64,000 bases of DNA, from the NCBI GenBank assembly GCA_963834265.1, contig CAWIAU010000001.1, forward strand, positions 199,572 to 263,571, written 5' to 3'. Shown here in pieces: positions 1 through 8,952 of this stretch. The stretch is from an uncultured bacterium (GTDB lineage: Bacteria > Patescibacteriota > Saccharimonadia > Saccharimonadales > 2-12-FULL-41-12). The position numbers and the translations under genes are program-made. A model generated the notes under the pieces. It saw nothing but the letters and a program-made list of their open reading frames with translations. It did not search any database and was not told the origin of the DNA. The stretch's first letter is position 1. Every line of letters starts with the position of its first letter.

Positions 1-1
1 T

Positions 2-853
2 ATCCCGGAAACAGGTAATGACGCCCTGATTGGCAACATGGTAGACGAATTGATGAGAAAGCAAGTACATGTATTCAGACACGAAACACACGATCTTGAC
101 GGCGCCGGACCACTGCATGTATCAGGGCACGCCAGTATCGATGAATACAAAGAAATGATCGATATGATCAAGCCTGCGTTCTTCATCCCCATTTACGGCA
201 GCTACCGTTCCAAACAGCGCCATATCGAGATTGCTGTAGAAGAAGGCTTCCCACGTACCAATACTGTCAATGCCGAGAACGGCGATGTGATCGCACTTTC
301 TCAGAGTAAAATGGAGATTGTGGGCGAAGTCCCGCATGGTACCATCCTGGTGGATCAGACAGGGGCCATTGTCAGTAATATAGTGGTCAAAGACCGTCTG
401 GTACTGGCCAGTGAAGGTCTGGTAGCCGTTGTGCTGACTATTGACCGCAAGTCCGGCCAGCTGATGACCAGTCCGGATATCATCAGCCGCGGCTTTATCT
501 ATATGAAAGGCCAGGAAGAGCTGATGAACGCTTTCCGCATCGAGCTGAAGCGGGCCGTTGCCCAGCGATTCAAACGGATTGATCTGGACCGTTTCAAGCT
601 GGAGCTGCGCGAGCACGTCACGCACTTTCTGTACGAGCAGACCGGGCGTAGCCCGATTGTCATTCCGGTAATCAATGTCGTGGGCGGCGGCAAACCGGGT
701 GGCAATCCACAGCAGCAGGGCAATAACCGCCCCGCGTCCGGTGAGAAGCCGGCAACTCAGGAAAAAACTCCCGAACAGCAGGCTGCCGAAGCCCAGCAGC
801 GCTTCGCTCAGATGCGTTCCCGCCTCTTAAACCAGGATGCCCGAACCGACTAA
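2..853 (+). CDS. rnj: ribonuclease J, C-terminal part (5' end upstream of window)
   Basis: The frame is open from base 2. HVSGHASIDEYKEMIDMIKPAFFIPIYGSYR and following blocks match the RNase J MBL/beta-CASP C-terminal region, followed by a Gln/Pro-rich tail. Confidence 0.8.
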   Translation: MPETGNDALIGNMVDELMRKQVHVFRHETHDLDGAGPLHVSGHASIDEYKEMIDMIKPAFFIPIYGSYRSKQRHIEIAVEEGFPRTNTVNAENGDVIALSQSKMEIVGEVPHGTILVDQTGAIVSNIVVKDRLVLASEGLVAVVLTIDRKSGQLMTSPDIISRGFIYMKGQEELMNAFRIELKRAVAQRFKRIDLDRFKLELREHVTHFLYEQTGRSPIVIPVINVVGGGKPGGNPQQQGNNRPASGEKPATQEKTPEQQAAEAQQRFAQMRSRLLNQDARTD

Positions 854-897
854 AATTACGTACTTTCTCAGAATAGGGAAATTAATCAAAAGCAGGA

Positions 898-926
898 TTG
901 ACTTTTGTAGTATTTTCTGCTACAAT
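898..926 (+). promoter_or_regulatory. sigma70-like promoter upstream of ftsK
   Basis: TTGACT (898-903), a 17-nt spacer, then TACAAT (921-926), about 55 nt before the ftsK ATG. Confidence 0.5.
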
Positions 927-979
927 ACTTACACGTCTATAAATATATAAAGTGTTACAATAATATAGAAGTATCCAAG

Positions 980-3181
980 ATGGCCAAAAAGAAAAAATCC
1001 AAAAAGAAAGTTAGTGAATCAGCTGCACCGGAGCGCTCAGCATTCTGGCCGCTCAGTGGTGCTCTCCTGTTGATTATTCTCGCAGTACTGATGCTCATAG
1101 GCGGCTTTGGTACGGGCGGTTCTTTGCCCACAGGGATGTTCCGGGCAGTATACGAAGCCCTGGGCTGGGTAGCGTATCTGACACCTCTGGCACTCATATT
1201 CTTCGGTGTTATGAAATTCAGGAGCGAAGACCATCACATTCCACTCGGTAAATTTACAGCTATGCTCGGTTTCCTGACATCAGCGGCAGTTGCAATGCAT
1301 ACGATGTTTGCCTCGATTGACGAGTCTGGCAATGTTATAGAAAAGTCCGGCCACGGCGGATACACAGGCAGCGTACTCGGCAATGCCATTCTGTTGGCGC
1401 TGGACAAGTTTCCGGCTAGTCTTATATTTATTGTATTAGCTGTTCTGGCATTCTTCCTGTCGTTCAGTATTTCGCCTAAAGTACTTCTCAGGCTCCTCAG
1501 TCCATTCAAACCGAAAGAAAAAGAGGATACCGATCTGGCCGACCTGAAGGGTAAGAGCGAGCATGAATTCAAATTAAATGAAGGAGTACCAATGGTGAGA
1601 GCCGATTCCGCTGAATCTGCGCGCCCCAGGCTGAATAGTCTCAAAAATTCTGCTCAGAAATTGGCAGGTACAGAAAACCATGTGGCATTAACTACCGCCA
1701 GTGATCCTAACTGGCAGTTTCCTTCGCTTGACCTGCTGAATCAGAAGCAGGATAAGGCCGATGCCGGAGATGTGCAGGCCAATGCCGAGGTTATCCGCGA
1801 GACATTCCACAACTTCAATATCTCCGTTGATATGGAAGGTGCTAACGTCGGTCCGCGTGTCACACAGTACACGCTGAAGCCGCCAACTAATGTTAAACTG
1901 ACCAAAATTACCGCTCTCGAGAATAATCTGGCGCTTGATCTGGCCGCACATACCATACGTATGGAAGCACCGATTCCCGGCAAACGTCTGGTTGGTATAG
2001 AAGTTCCTAACGTCAAAGCCGCTACAGTCCGGACCGGTAATTTATTGACGTCGCCGCAGTGGCAGCAGGCCAATTCTCCTTTGGAATTTGTGATCGGTAA
2101 AGATATTGCCGGACAGCCGGTACTTGCTGATCTGGCTAAACTGCCTCATATACTGGTCGCCGGCCAGACAGGTTCCGGTAAATCCGTGATGATCAATACT
2201 ATCCTGACCAGTCTGCTGTATCGCAACAGCCCGGCAGATCTGAAGCTGATTCTAATCGACCCTAAGCAAGTGGAGCTCAAGCCGTACGATGATATCCCCC
2301 ACTTGCTGGCCCCGGTGATTACCCAGCCCGAAAAGTGCGTCAGCGCTCTCAAATGGACAGTAGCCGAGATGGAGCGCCGTTATAAAGCTCTGTCTGAGGT
2401 CAATCGCCGGAATATTATTGAGTACAATAAGCTTAAAAAAGAAGAGGGAATGCCCTACATTGTGGTTGTTATTGATGAGTTAGCAGAACTTATGATGGTA
2501 GCCGCACGTGATGTTGAGTCACTGATCGTACGCATAGCGCAGAAAGCCCGGGCTGTTGGCATCCACCTGGTATTGGCTACTCAGCGCCCCAGTGTTGATG
2601 TCATTACCGGCCTGATCAAGGCAAACGTACCGGCCCGGATTGCCTTTACAACAGTGAGCCAGGTTGATTCCCGTACCATTATTGACGGAATAGGGGCTGA
2701 AAAGCTGCTGAACAGGGGTGACATGTTGCTAAAAACTTCCGAAATGCCCAAGCCAAAGCGCGTGCAGGGTGCATTGATATCTGATGATGAAACCCTGAAT
2801 GTTACGGACTTTTTGCGTGAACAAAGAGCACCGAATTATGACGATGAGATTATCAGCCAGCCGGTACAGCTGGGCAAAGGCAGCTTAGTGGCTGATTATG
2901 GAGGTCAGGATACCGATGATGACCTTTGGCGCGATGCTATAAAGGTAGTAATAGAGGGTGGCAAAGCCAGCACCAGTCTGCTTCAGCGACGCTTGCGTGT
3001 CGGCTATGCCCGTGCTGCCCGATTGATCGAGAATATGGAAGAGCAGGGCATTGTAGGTCCGGCTGACGGAGCCCGCCCACGTGAAGTACTGGTGAGAAGC
3101 ATGGACGAAGTATTCGGTGACCCGGCCAACCCTGACGGTGACGTCTACGACGACATGACCGACACCGAAGCAGTAAAATAA
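980..3181 (+). CDS. ftsK: DNA translocase FtsK/SpoIIIE
   Basis: 733 aa with N-terminal TM helices, Walker A (GQTGSGKS), Walker B (VVVIDELA) and a C-terminal winged-helix gamma-like domain (LLQRRLRVGYARAARLIENME). Confidence 0.95.
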   Translation: MAKKKKSKKKVSESAAPERSAFWPLSGALLLIILAVLMLIGGFGTGGSLPTGMFRAVYEALGWVAYLTPLALIFFGVMKFRSEDHHIPLGKFTAMLGFLTSAAVAMHTMFASIDESGNVIEKSGHGGYTGSVLGNAILLALDKFPASLIFIVLAVLAFFLSFSISPKVLLRLLSPFKPKEKEDTDLADLKGKSEHEFKLNEGVPMVRADSAESARPRLNSLKNSAQKLAGTENHVALTTASDPNWQFPSLDLLNQKQDKADAGDVQANAEVIRETFHNFNISVDMEGANVGPRVTQYTLKPPTNVKLTKITALENNLALDLAAHTIRMEAPIPGKRLVGIEVPNVKAATVRTGNLLTSPQWQQANSPLEFVIGKDIAGQPVLADLAKLPHILVAGQTGSGKSVMINTILTSLLYRNSPADLKLILIDPKQVELKPYDDIPHLLAPVITQPEKCVSALKWTVAEMERRYKALSEVNRRNIIEYNKLKKEEGMPYIVVVIDELAELMMVAARDVESLIVRIAQKARAVGIHLVLATQRPSVDVITGLIKANVPARIAFTTVSQVDSRTIIDGIGAEKLLNRGDMLLKTSEMPKPKRVQGALISDDETLNVTDFLREQRAPNYDDEIISQPVQLGKGSLVADYGGQDTDDDLWRDAIKVVIEGGKASTSLLQRRLRVGYARAARLIENMEEQGIVGPADGARPREVLVRSMDEVFGDPANPDGDVYDDMTDTEAVK

Positions 3182-3218
3182 TTTCAATTTTTAAGCCCGA
3201 GATATATTATTAAGTAAT

Positions 3219-3488
3219 ATGAGCAGCGTAAATAATCATGAAGTTTCTTTATTGCCAGTGATGAGATTAGAAGGTGAGGGTGGCCACGTGGAAGAACTTC
3301 ATCCTGAAGCAGTAGCGGGGCTTTTCCATATTGCTACAAAAAATAGTTTTGGTACTGGAACTGAGGGAGTGGGTTTAGCTATTACTCAAGCTGTGGGCAT
3401 AGCAGATTCTATTGAGAGTGCCTTGGCTAACGGAGAGACAATACTAATAGGCCGAGGCACTAGGTTTAGAGTATTAGAACTTGTCTAG
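3219..3488 (+). CDS. hypothetical protein (weak call)
   Basis: 89-aa ORF with no recognisable motif and no Shine-Dalgarno sequence. It occupies the ftsK-rpsF gap. Confidence 0.3.
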   Translation: MSSVNNHEVSLLPVMRLEGEGGHVEELHPEAVAGLFHIATKNSFGTGTEGVGLAITQAVGIADSIESALANGETILIGRGTRFRVLELV

Positions 3489-3498
3489 CCCGTGGTTA

Positions 3499-3527
3499 TT
3501 GACGAACAGGGGTGAGTAAGGTACAGT
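3499..3527 (+). promoter_or_regulatory. sigma70-like promoter of the rpsF operon
   Basis: TTGACG (3499-3504), a 17-nt spacer, then TACAGT (3522-3527). Confidence 0.5.
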
Positions 3528-3606
3528 TAACTTACTATTAACTCAGTTTGCGACCCGCATGATAATCAGCGGATGGACGCAGGCAGTAACCAAAGGAGTA
3601 AGAGGC

Positions 3607-3996
3607 GTGAATCAATACGAAATCGCTGTTTTATATGATCCCGGTTTGGAAGTAGATCTTTCAAAGGCCGAGACCAAATTTACAAAAATTGTCGAAGCCG
3701 GCGGCGGCAAAATAACCAAGACAGATAATTGGGGCAAAAAGAAACTGGCGTACCCGATTGCCGGGCACGATATGGCTGTCTATGTCTTCTATACAGTTGA
3801 TATGCCTGCCGAAGGTGTGCGCAAGGTAGAAGCCACTCTGAATATCACAGACGAGATAATCCGTTATCTGATCACACGGCCTGACCTTAAGGCAATTGCC
3901 AAGGCAGAAGAAGCCAGGGCCGAAAAGGCTAAGAAAGCTGCCGAGCGCGGAGATTCTCCGCATCGTGATGACGACGAAGAATCCGAAAGAGAGTAG
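3607..3996 (+). CDS. rpsF: 30S ribosomal protein S6
   Basis: NQYEIAVLYDP...KLAYPI...RYLI is the S6 signature. I prefer the GTG at 3607 (AAGGAG 9-10 nt upstream) over the in-frame ATG at 3559 given by the ORF track. Acidic C-terminal tail. Confidence 0.9.
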   Translation: MNQYEIAVLYDPGLEVDLSKAETKFTKIVEAGGGKITKTDNWGKKKLAYPIAGHDMAVYVFYTVDMPAEGVRKVEATLNITDEIIRYLITRPDLKAIAKAEEARAEKAKKAAERGDSPHRDDDEESERE

Positions 3997-4006
3997 AATA
4001 AAAGGG

Positions 4007-4141
4007 AAATTAGCAATTAACAATGAACGATATGCAATGTATTCACAATTGGCAATTAGCATTTGACTCCAGAGGGCCATCGCTAATAGCAAATTCATTG
4101 CCAATAGTTAATCGTAAATTGATAAACTAACGACGAAGGAG
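4007..4141 (+). repeat. intercistronic imperfect-palindrome element, copy A
   Basis: Starts ATTAGCAATTAACAATGAACGA, has a central CATTTGA..CCATCGCTAA block, and ends TAACGACGAAGGAG, which supplies the ssb Shine-Dalgarno. Collinear with copies at 4633, 4985 and 62566. Confidence 0.8.
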
Positions 4142-4149
4142 ATTGAAAG

Positions 4150-4632
4150 ATGGCTAAAGGATTTAACAAAGTAATTTTGATGGGCAACCTGACGCGCGAC
4201 CCTGAAGTACGCGCTACGAATAGCGGCCAGAGTGTCACAGGCTTTGGTCTGGCGGTCAATCGTACCTGGAAGAGCTCTGATGGTAGCCAGCAGGAGAGCG
4301 TCAGCTACATCGACTGTGTGGCCTGGGGCAAGACAGGCGAGATTATTGCCCAATACATGCAAAAAGGCCGGGCACTGCTGGTAAGCGGCCGTTTGGAGCA
4401 ACGCAGCTGGGATCAGGATGGCCAGAAGCGCAGTAAGGTAGAAGTAATTGTCGAGGACTTCAACTTCGTTGATAGCCGGGGCGGTGGTAACGAGAGCAAT
4501 CAATCCGTCCCTGCTTCGGTCAGTGATAGTTCTGATGCCGGACCAACAAAACCAGCTAAGAAAAAAGATAAGGACGTGGTAATAGAGGATATTGGTGACG
4601 AACCTATTAACCTCGACGACATCCCATTCTAA
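4150..4632 (+). CDS. ssb: single-stranded DNA-binding protein
   Basis: OB-fold N-terminus (NKVILMGNLTRDPEVR), a Gly/Ser-rich linker and an acidic C-terminal tip (DDIPF). Confidence 0.95.
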   Translation: MAKGFNKVILMGNLTRDPEVRATNSGQSVTGFGLAVNRTWKSSDGSQQESVSYIDCVAWGKTGEIIAQYMQKGRALLVSGRLEQRSWDQDGQKRSKVEVIVEDFNFVDSRGGGNESNQSVPASVSDSSDAGPTKPAKKKDKDVVIEDIGDEPINLDDIPF

Positions 4633-4769
4633 GGCAATTAGCATTTAACAATGAACGATTTGCAATATATTAACGATGAGCAGTTAACATTTGACCCCAA
4701 TGGTCCATCGCCAATCGCTAATTCATTGCTCATTGCTAATAGTAAACCGATAAATTAACGACGAAGGAG
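4633..4769 (+). repeat. intercistronic imperfect-palindrome element, copy B
   Basis: Same architecture as copy A and same 3' TAACGACGAAGGAG. Immediately precedes rpsR. Confidence 0.8.
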
Positions 4770-4775
4770 TAATTT

Positions 4776-4979
4776 ATGGCAAAGATTTTTAAACACCGGA
4801 CTGACGTAGCATTTTTTGACTACAAGGACTTCAAAACCCTGCAACGCTACGTCAATCAGTACGGACAGATAGAGACCCGTAAGAAAACAGGCCTGAGCGA
4901 GAGTCAGCAACGCCGGCTGTCGGTCGCAATCAAGCGCGCCCGACACCTTGCACTACTGCCGTTTGTGATCAGCAACTAA
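4776..4979 (+). CDS. rpsR: 30S ribosomal protein S18
   Basis: [20 protein letters not shown]...[18 protein letters not shown] is the S18 signature. Confidence 0.93.
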   Translation: MAKIFKHRTDVAFFDYKDFKTLQRYVNQYGQIETRKKTGLSESQQRRLSVAIKRARHLALLPFVISN

Positions 4980-4984
4980 AGAAA

Positions 4985-5118
4985 GATTAGCAATTAACAA
5001 TGAACGATTCGCAATACATGAACAATTGGCAATTAGCATTTGAATCCAACTGTCCATCGCTAAACGCTAATTCATTGCTTATAGCTAATCGCTAATCGAT
5101 AATATAACGACGAAGGAG
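4985..5118 (+). repeat. intercistronic imperfect-palindrome element, copy C
   Basis: Same family, with GATTAGCAATTAACAATGAACGATTCGCAAT at the 5' end and TAACGACGAAGGAG at the 3' end. Confidence 0.8.
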
Positions 5119-5123
5119 ATAAG

Positions 5124-5429
5124 ATGGATCAACAATATGAAGAAGCTGTTCGAACAACCGAAGAACTGCATAACAAAGCACGGGATCTGATAGATGATTC
5201 CGGCAATTCTATGGGCCGGCAGCTGCTGGAAAACGCTCATCGGCTCTACAATGACACCAAAGGTCAGAAAAATCCCCGCTCCCTGGAAGACCAAACTGAC
5301 AGTATAATGGAATTACTGCGACAAATACGAAGCAGTAGCGAGCCAGCCATGAGTCCTCCTGATGCGGACTTTCTATACAAGAGTTATGAGCAACTCAAAA
5401 TGGCATATAGAAAGTTTGAGAACCATTAA
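5124..5429 (+). CDS. hypothetical helical protein
   Basis: 101-aa ORF with a strong Shine-Dalgarno supplied by repeat copy C. It sits where rplI normally follows rpsR, but has no L9 similarity by eye. Confidence 0.55.
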   Translation: MDQQYEEAVRTTEELHNKARDLIDDSGNSMGRQLLENAHRLYNDTKGQKNPRSLEDQTDSIMELLRQIRSSSEPAMSPPDADFLYKSYEQLKMAYRKFENH

Positions 5430-5437
5430 GAGCCCGC

Positions 5438-5731
5438 ATGATTGACTTAAAGGCCGCCAAAGAAGTACACAGATTGGTCTATGAAGTGACTACCCGAAAT
5501 ATTCCGAATTTCGGAGGCAATCATGGCTTCAATTTATCACCGGCTTCCAATCCGGACGAGTTACTCCGGGCCAGCAGCAATTTTCTGGGACTTGTAAATT
5601 CGGGAAATAATCCCTCCTATGAACAGATTGAGGCACTGCGGGCCGAGTGTATGTTAGGAATGGCTACCGGCCTGCTGGGCAGTAAGGATATAGAGAAGAT
5701 TAACAAGCTATTAGATATGGAGGAAAAATAA
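5438..5731 (+). CDS. hypothetical protein
   Basis: 97-aa ORF tightly packed between the 5124 ORF and efp. No recognisable motif. Confidence 0.5.
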   Translation: MIDLKAAKEVHRLVYEVTTRNIPNFGGNHGFNLSPASNPDELLRASSNFLGLVNSGNNPSYEQIEALRAECMLGMATGLLGSKDIEKINKLLDMEEK

Positions 5732-5734
5732 ACT

Positions 5735-6301
5735 ATGGCATTCGGAGTGACTGATCTTAAAAAAGGTGTGATTTTCCAGATGGAGAATGTGCCCTACAGA
5801 GTAGTTGAGTACGGCCAAAAGGTTATGGGACGACAGGGGTCAGTAGTTAATGTCAAAGTTAAAAGCCTGGTTGACGGTAAAGTACTGGACAAAACCTTTA
5901 AGGGTAACGATACGATTCAGGAAGCTGATGTTGCGAATGGTAATGCCCAGTATCTTTATAGTGATGATAAAACATTTTATTTCATGGATGAGGATAGTTT
6001 CGAAACTCATGAAGTTCCGGCCGGAATTGTCGGTGACCAGGCAGGTTATCTCAAGGAGGGTGATAAAATTCAGACACAGAGCTTCAACGATCAGATTATT
6101 AATGTTGTCCTGCCCAAGAACATATTTCTGGAGGTGACTTATGCTGAAGAAGCAGTCAAAGGTGATACCAGTTCGGCAATTACCAAGGATGCCACGCTCG
6201 AAACCGGAATTATTGTTAAAGTCCCGGCGTTTATAAAAACCGGCGATATAATCAGTGTGGATACCGCGACCGGTGCTTATCGTGAACGCAAAAAAGATTA
6301 A
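5735..6301 (+). CDS. efp: elongation factor P
   Basis: 188 aa. The N-terminal KOW-like domain (DLKKGVIFQMENVPYRVVEY...) and OB domains are typical of EF-P. Confidence 0.93.
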   Translation: MAFGVTDLKKGVIFQMENVPYRVVEYGQKVMGRQGSVVNVKVKSLVDGKVLDKTFKGNDTIQEADVANGNAQYLYSDDKTFYFMDEDSFETHEVPAGIVGDQAGYLKEGDKIQTQSFNDQIINVVLPKNIFLEVTYAEEAVKGDTSSAITKDATLETGIIVKVPAFIKTGDIISVDTATGAYRERKKD

Positions 6302-6869
6302 TCCCGAATCGACAGAACACTATGTTTCGCGCGGGGGACATAAAATCAGTTCCGTCGCCGATAAATTTAACCTGCAACTTCGTGGAAGGGTAGTGCTGGA
6401 TGTTGGCAGCAGTACGGGGGGATTTACTGACTTTGCTTTGCAGCAAGGAGCAGACAAAATCATAGCTGTCGATGCTGGGACAAATCAATTACACGAAAGC
6501 CTGCGTAGTAACCCGAAGATTGAGCTGCATGAGCAAACTGACATCCGGGAAATCGATGTAGTAAGCAATCGAATAAACTATGTATTCATTGATGTTTCCT
6601 TTATCTCTATCAGGGAGGTTTTGGTTCATTTACCCAAAATTATTGACCAGGATACGCAGGTTATTGCTATGGTTAAACCACAGTTCGAGACTGCATCCGG
6701 CCATATGAAACACAGAGGTATTATCAAGAATGAAACCATCCGGCGTCAGATACTGAAACAGTTTGAGGAGTGGGTTCACAAAAGTTACCGGATCGTTGCC
6801 AAGGCAGACTCTCAGGTAAGGGGAGATAAGGGAAACAGAGAACGTTTTTATCAGCTGATACTGTTATGA
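6255..6869 (+). CDS. tlyA: TlyA-like FtsJ-family rRNA 2'-O-methyltransferase (no S4 domain)
   Basis: YVSRGGHKI...VLDVGSSTGGFTDFALQQGADKIIAVD is the SAM-binding TlyA core. The ATG at 6255 overlaps efp, and the in-frame GTG at 6282 is an equally plausible start. Confidence 0.8.
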   Translation: MWIPRPVLIVNAKKINPESTEHYVSRGGHKISSVADKFNLQLRGRVVLDVGSSTGGFTDFALQQGADKIIAVDAGTNQLHESLRSNPKIELHEQTDIREIDVVSNRINYVFIDVSFISIREVLVHLPKIIDQDTQVIAMVKPQFETASGHMKHRGIIKNETIRRQILKQFEEWVHKSYRIVAKADSQVRGDKGNRERFYQLILL

Positions 6870-7088
6870 CGGAGCAATAATAATCGGTGAAACGTAGCTT
6901 ATAGACGTTATAAAATATTGTATTCATGCTGTGGCCCGATACATAGAAAATTGTTCGGGCATATACGTAAAATAAAATAAAAAAACTCCTTGCAATGCAT
7001 AAGTAGAGTGTGTTACTTTTCGTAGTATAGGTTCTGAAATTAAAACAAAATAGAACCAAAACAAACGAACACTAAAAAAGAGATAAAA

Positions 7089-8039
7089 GTGAAAACACAA
7101 ACGTCAAAAGTCCGGGCAAACCGGGTAAGCCGGTTTCATTATAAAAGTGGTGTCGAGTATCGAACCAAAAACAGGCGGGTCCTGTGGAGCTTTCTTAGCC
7201 TTACAATTATGCTGGGATTTGGCGGTCTGCTGGCTACCCATACATCTCTTGCCAAAGATTTCTATAGCAAAACAATGAATCGTCAGGCTCACGCGGTGAC
7301 GTTAGCTGATCCGGCTATAAAATCTCAAAGCTCTGACCTGGCCTCTGCTCCCAAACTGCCAACGCAGGATAAACAGCTCGCCAAGAAGATTGCCGCTAAA
7401 CTGGATACTTTTCCAGACAGTCAGAAATGGTCTGTTTATGTTCAGGATATTGAAACCGATCGCTCTGTTGCTATCGATGCTGACTCCGGCTATGAACCTG
7501 CCAGTTTCTATAAGTTATTTCTGTTGGCCCCTCTGGAAAGTAAGTTCCCGACAGAAAAATGGTCTACACGTATTCAGGGCAGGACTCTTAAGTCCTGCAT
7601 TGATCTGATGTTGAGACTTTCTGACAATGCCTGCGGCCAGGCTATCGGTACTCTGGTAAATTGGAGCTATGCAGACACCTTCAACGAAAGTATCGGTATC
7701 AGTAAGACCAGGCTCGCCAGCGGTGTGGGTGGCACAACCACGGCGCGGGAGGTGGGGGAGCTTTTCGTAAATTTGCGTAAAGGTGAAATACTGACCGACA
7801 AAGCCCGTCGTCAGGTCTTTGACTCGCTCTACGGACAGAAACACACGACCGGTATACCCGCCGGATGCACCAACTGTCGCGTGGCCAACAAAACAGGCGA
7901 TATAAACGGTTTCGTACACGACGGCGGGGTTATAACCCACGGCAAAGACAGCTATGTACTGGTTATTATGAGTAAGGGTGGCAACTTCGACCAGATTGCT
8001 GATCTGACCCGCACCATCGACGCCGAAATGTACCCTTAG
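7089..8039 (+). CDS. membrane-anchored class-A beta-lactamase-fold serine hydrolase
   Basis: GTG start and an N-terminal TM helix. SxxK (SFYK), SDN and KTG motifs occur in the canonical order. Paralogous to the C-terminus of the 33617 ORF. Confidence 0.7.
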   Translation: MKTQTSKVRANRVSRFHYKSGVEYRTKNRRVLWSFLSLTIMLGFGGLLATHTSLAKDFYSKTMNRQAHAVTLADPAIKSQSSDLASAPKLPTQDKQLAKKIAAKLDTFPDSQKWSVYVQDIETDRSVAIDADSGYEPASFYKLFLLAPLESKFPTEKWSTRIQGRTLKSCIDLMLRLSDNACGQAIGTLVNWSYADTFNESIGISKTRLASGVGGTTTAREVGELFVNLRKGEILTDKARRQVFDSLYGQKHTTGIPAGCTNCRVANKTGDINGFVHDGGVITHGKDSYVLVIMSKGGNFDQIADLTRTIDAEMYP

Positions 8040-8184
8040 GGAACTCTTGCTGAACAGCACATTCCTAAGTGAAAATCTGTGCTCCGATGCTTATCGTACC
8101 TCTGGTACGCCTTTACTTCGGTGCTAGCTTTTCATCCCAAACTGTACTACTTAGGCAAGAGTCCTTGCAAGCGTAATAGAAAAT

Positions 8185-8952
8185 TCAGGAGCGAAGCTTG
8201 TAACCTCTGTTAAAGAGACGATAATTAAGCACGAATAAGCTGGCAGCAGCCAGTCCGATGACGCTCAGACTGATAGCTACGTTGACATCTGCACGACCCA
8301 GCATACCGTAGCGCACGGTGTTAATCATATAGTAAATAGGGTTGAACTGCGTAAGTGTACGGAAAGGTTCGGGAAGCAGTGATACCGAGTAGAAAACTCC
8401 GCCCAGGAATATCAGCGGCTGGAGAATGAATGTCTGGTACAGACTCAGATCATCGAATTTTTCTGCTATCAGACCGACCAGTACGCCGGCCATGGCGAAG
8501 AAGGTGCCAATAAGTACAAAACTGAGCAGGAATATAAACGGATGCGCCATCGGCAGATCATGAACCAGCAGGACTGCAGTTACATAGGCAATAGCGGTGA
8601 TTATAACTGCCCGGACAAAGCCTCCCAGGCCAAAGGCTATCAGCAATTGCACATTTGACACCGGTGAGGCAAGCTGATCATCGATGGCACGCTGCAGTTT
8701 CTGCTGCATCAGAGAGGATGAGTTATTGGAAAAAATATTGATTGCAAAGCTCATCATCAACAGTCCCGGTATGATAAAAACGATGTAACGGTGGCCATCC
8801 AGCTGATCAATACGGCTGCCCAGTGCAGCACCAAAGACGCTGATGTACAGATAGGTTTCCAGCAGAGGACCGAGGATTGTCTGGCGCTTGATGCCCCAGA
8901 ACCTTGATAATTCACGTCGCAGCACCGTCCAGAAGGGCAAAAATTTCATCAT
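8185..8952 (-). CDS. ABC-2 type transporter permease
   Basis: 255 aa with about six TM helices. It overlaps the upstream ATPase gene by 4 nt. Confidence 0.85.
   Translation of the reverse strand: MMKFLPFWTVLRRELSRFWGIKRQTILGPLLETYLYISVFGAALGSRIDQLDGHRYIVFIIPGLLMMSFAINIFSNNSSSLMQQKLQRAIDDQLASPVSNVQLLIAFGLGGFVRAVIITAIAYVTAVLLVHDLPMAHPFIFLLSFVLIGTFFAMAGVLVGLIAEKFDDLSLYQTFILQPLIFLGGVFYSVSLLPEPFRTLTQFNPIYYMINTVRYGMLGRADVNVAISLSVIGLAAASLFVLNYRLFNRGYKLRS

Noticed and set aside
122-3187. Many 60-170-aa ORFs antisense to or out of frame with rnj and ftsK. Similar ORFs lie inside pilB, pilT, pilC, thrS, gyrB, comM, the 1178-aa gene and others.
   Set aside because: They lie wholly within long ORFs that carry clear family motifs. 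They have skewed low-complexity composition (Arg/Ser/Cys-rich) and lack Shine-Dalgarno sequences. These are typical shadow ORFs.
8040-8184. A possible shared element between the convergent-gene spacers at 8040-8184 and 39994-40163. The evidence was the motif AATTTTCTATT[A/G]CG in opposite orientations and similar CGTAC...GTACG hairpins.
   Set aside because: A 13/14 match is expected many times by chance in 64 kb of AT-rich sequence on both strands, and the remaining similarity is weak. Both spacers are more simply explained as independent bidirectional terminator regions.
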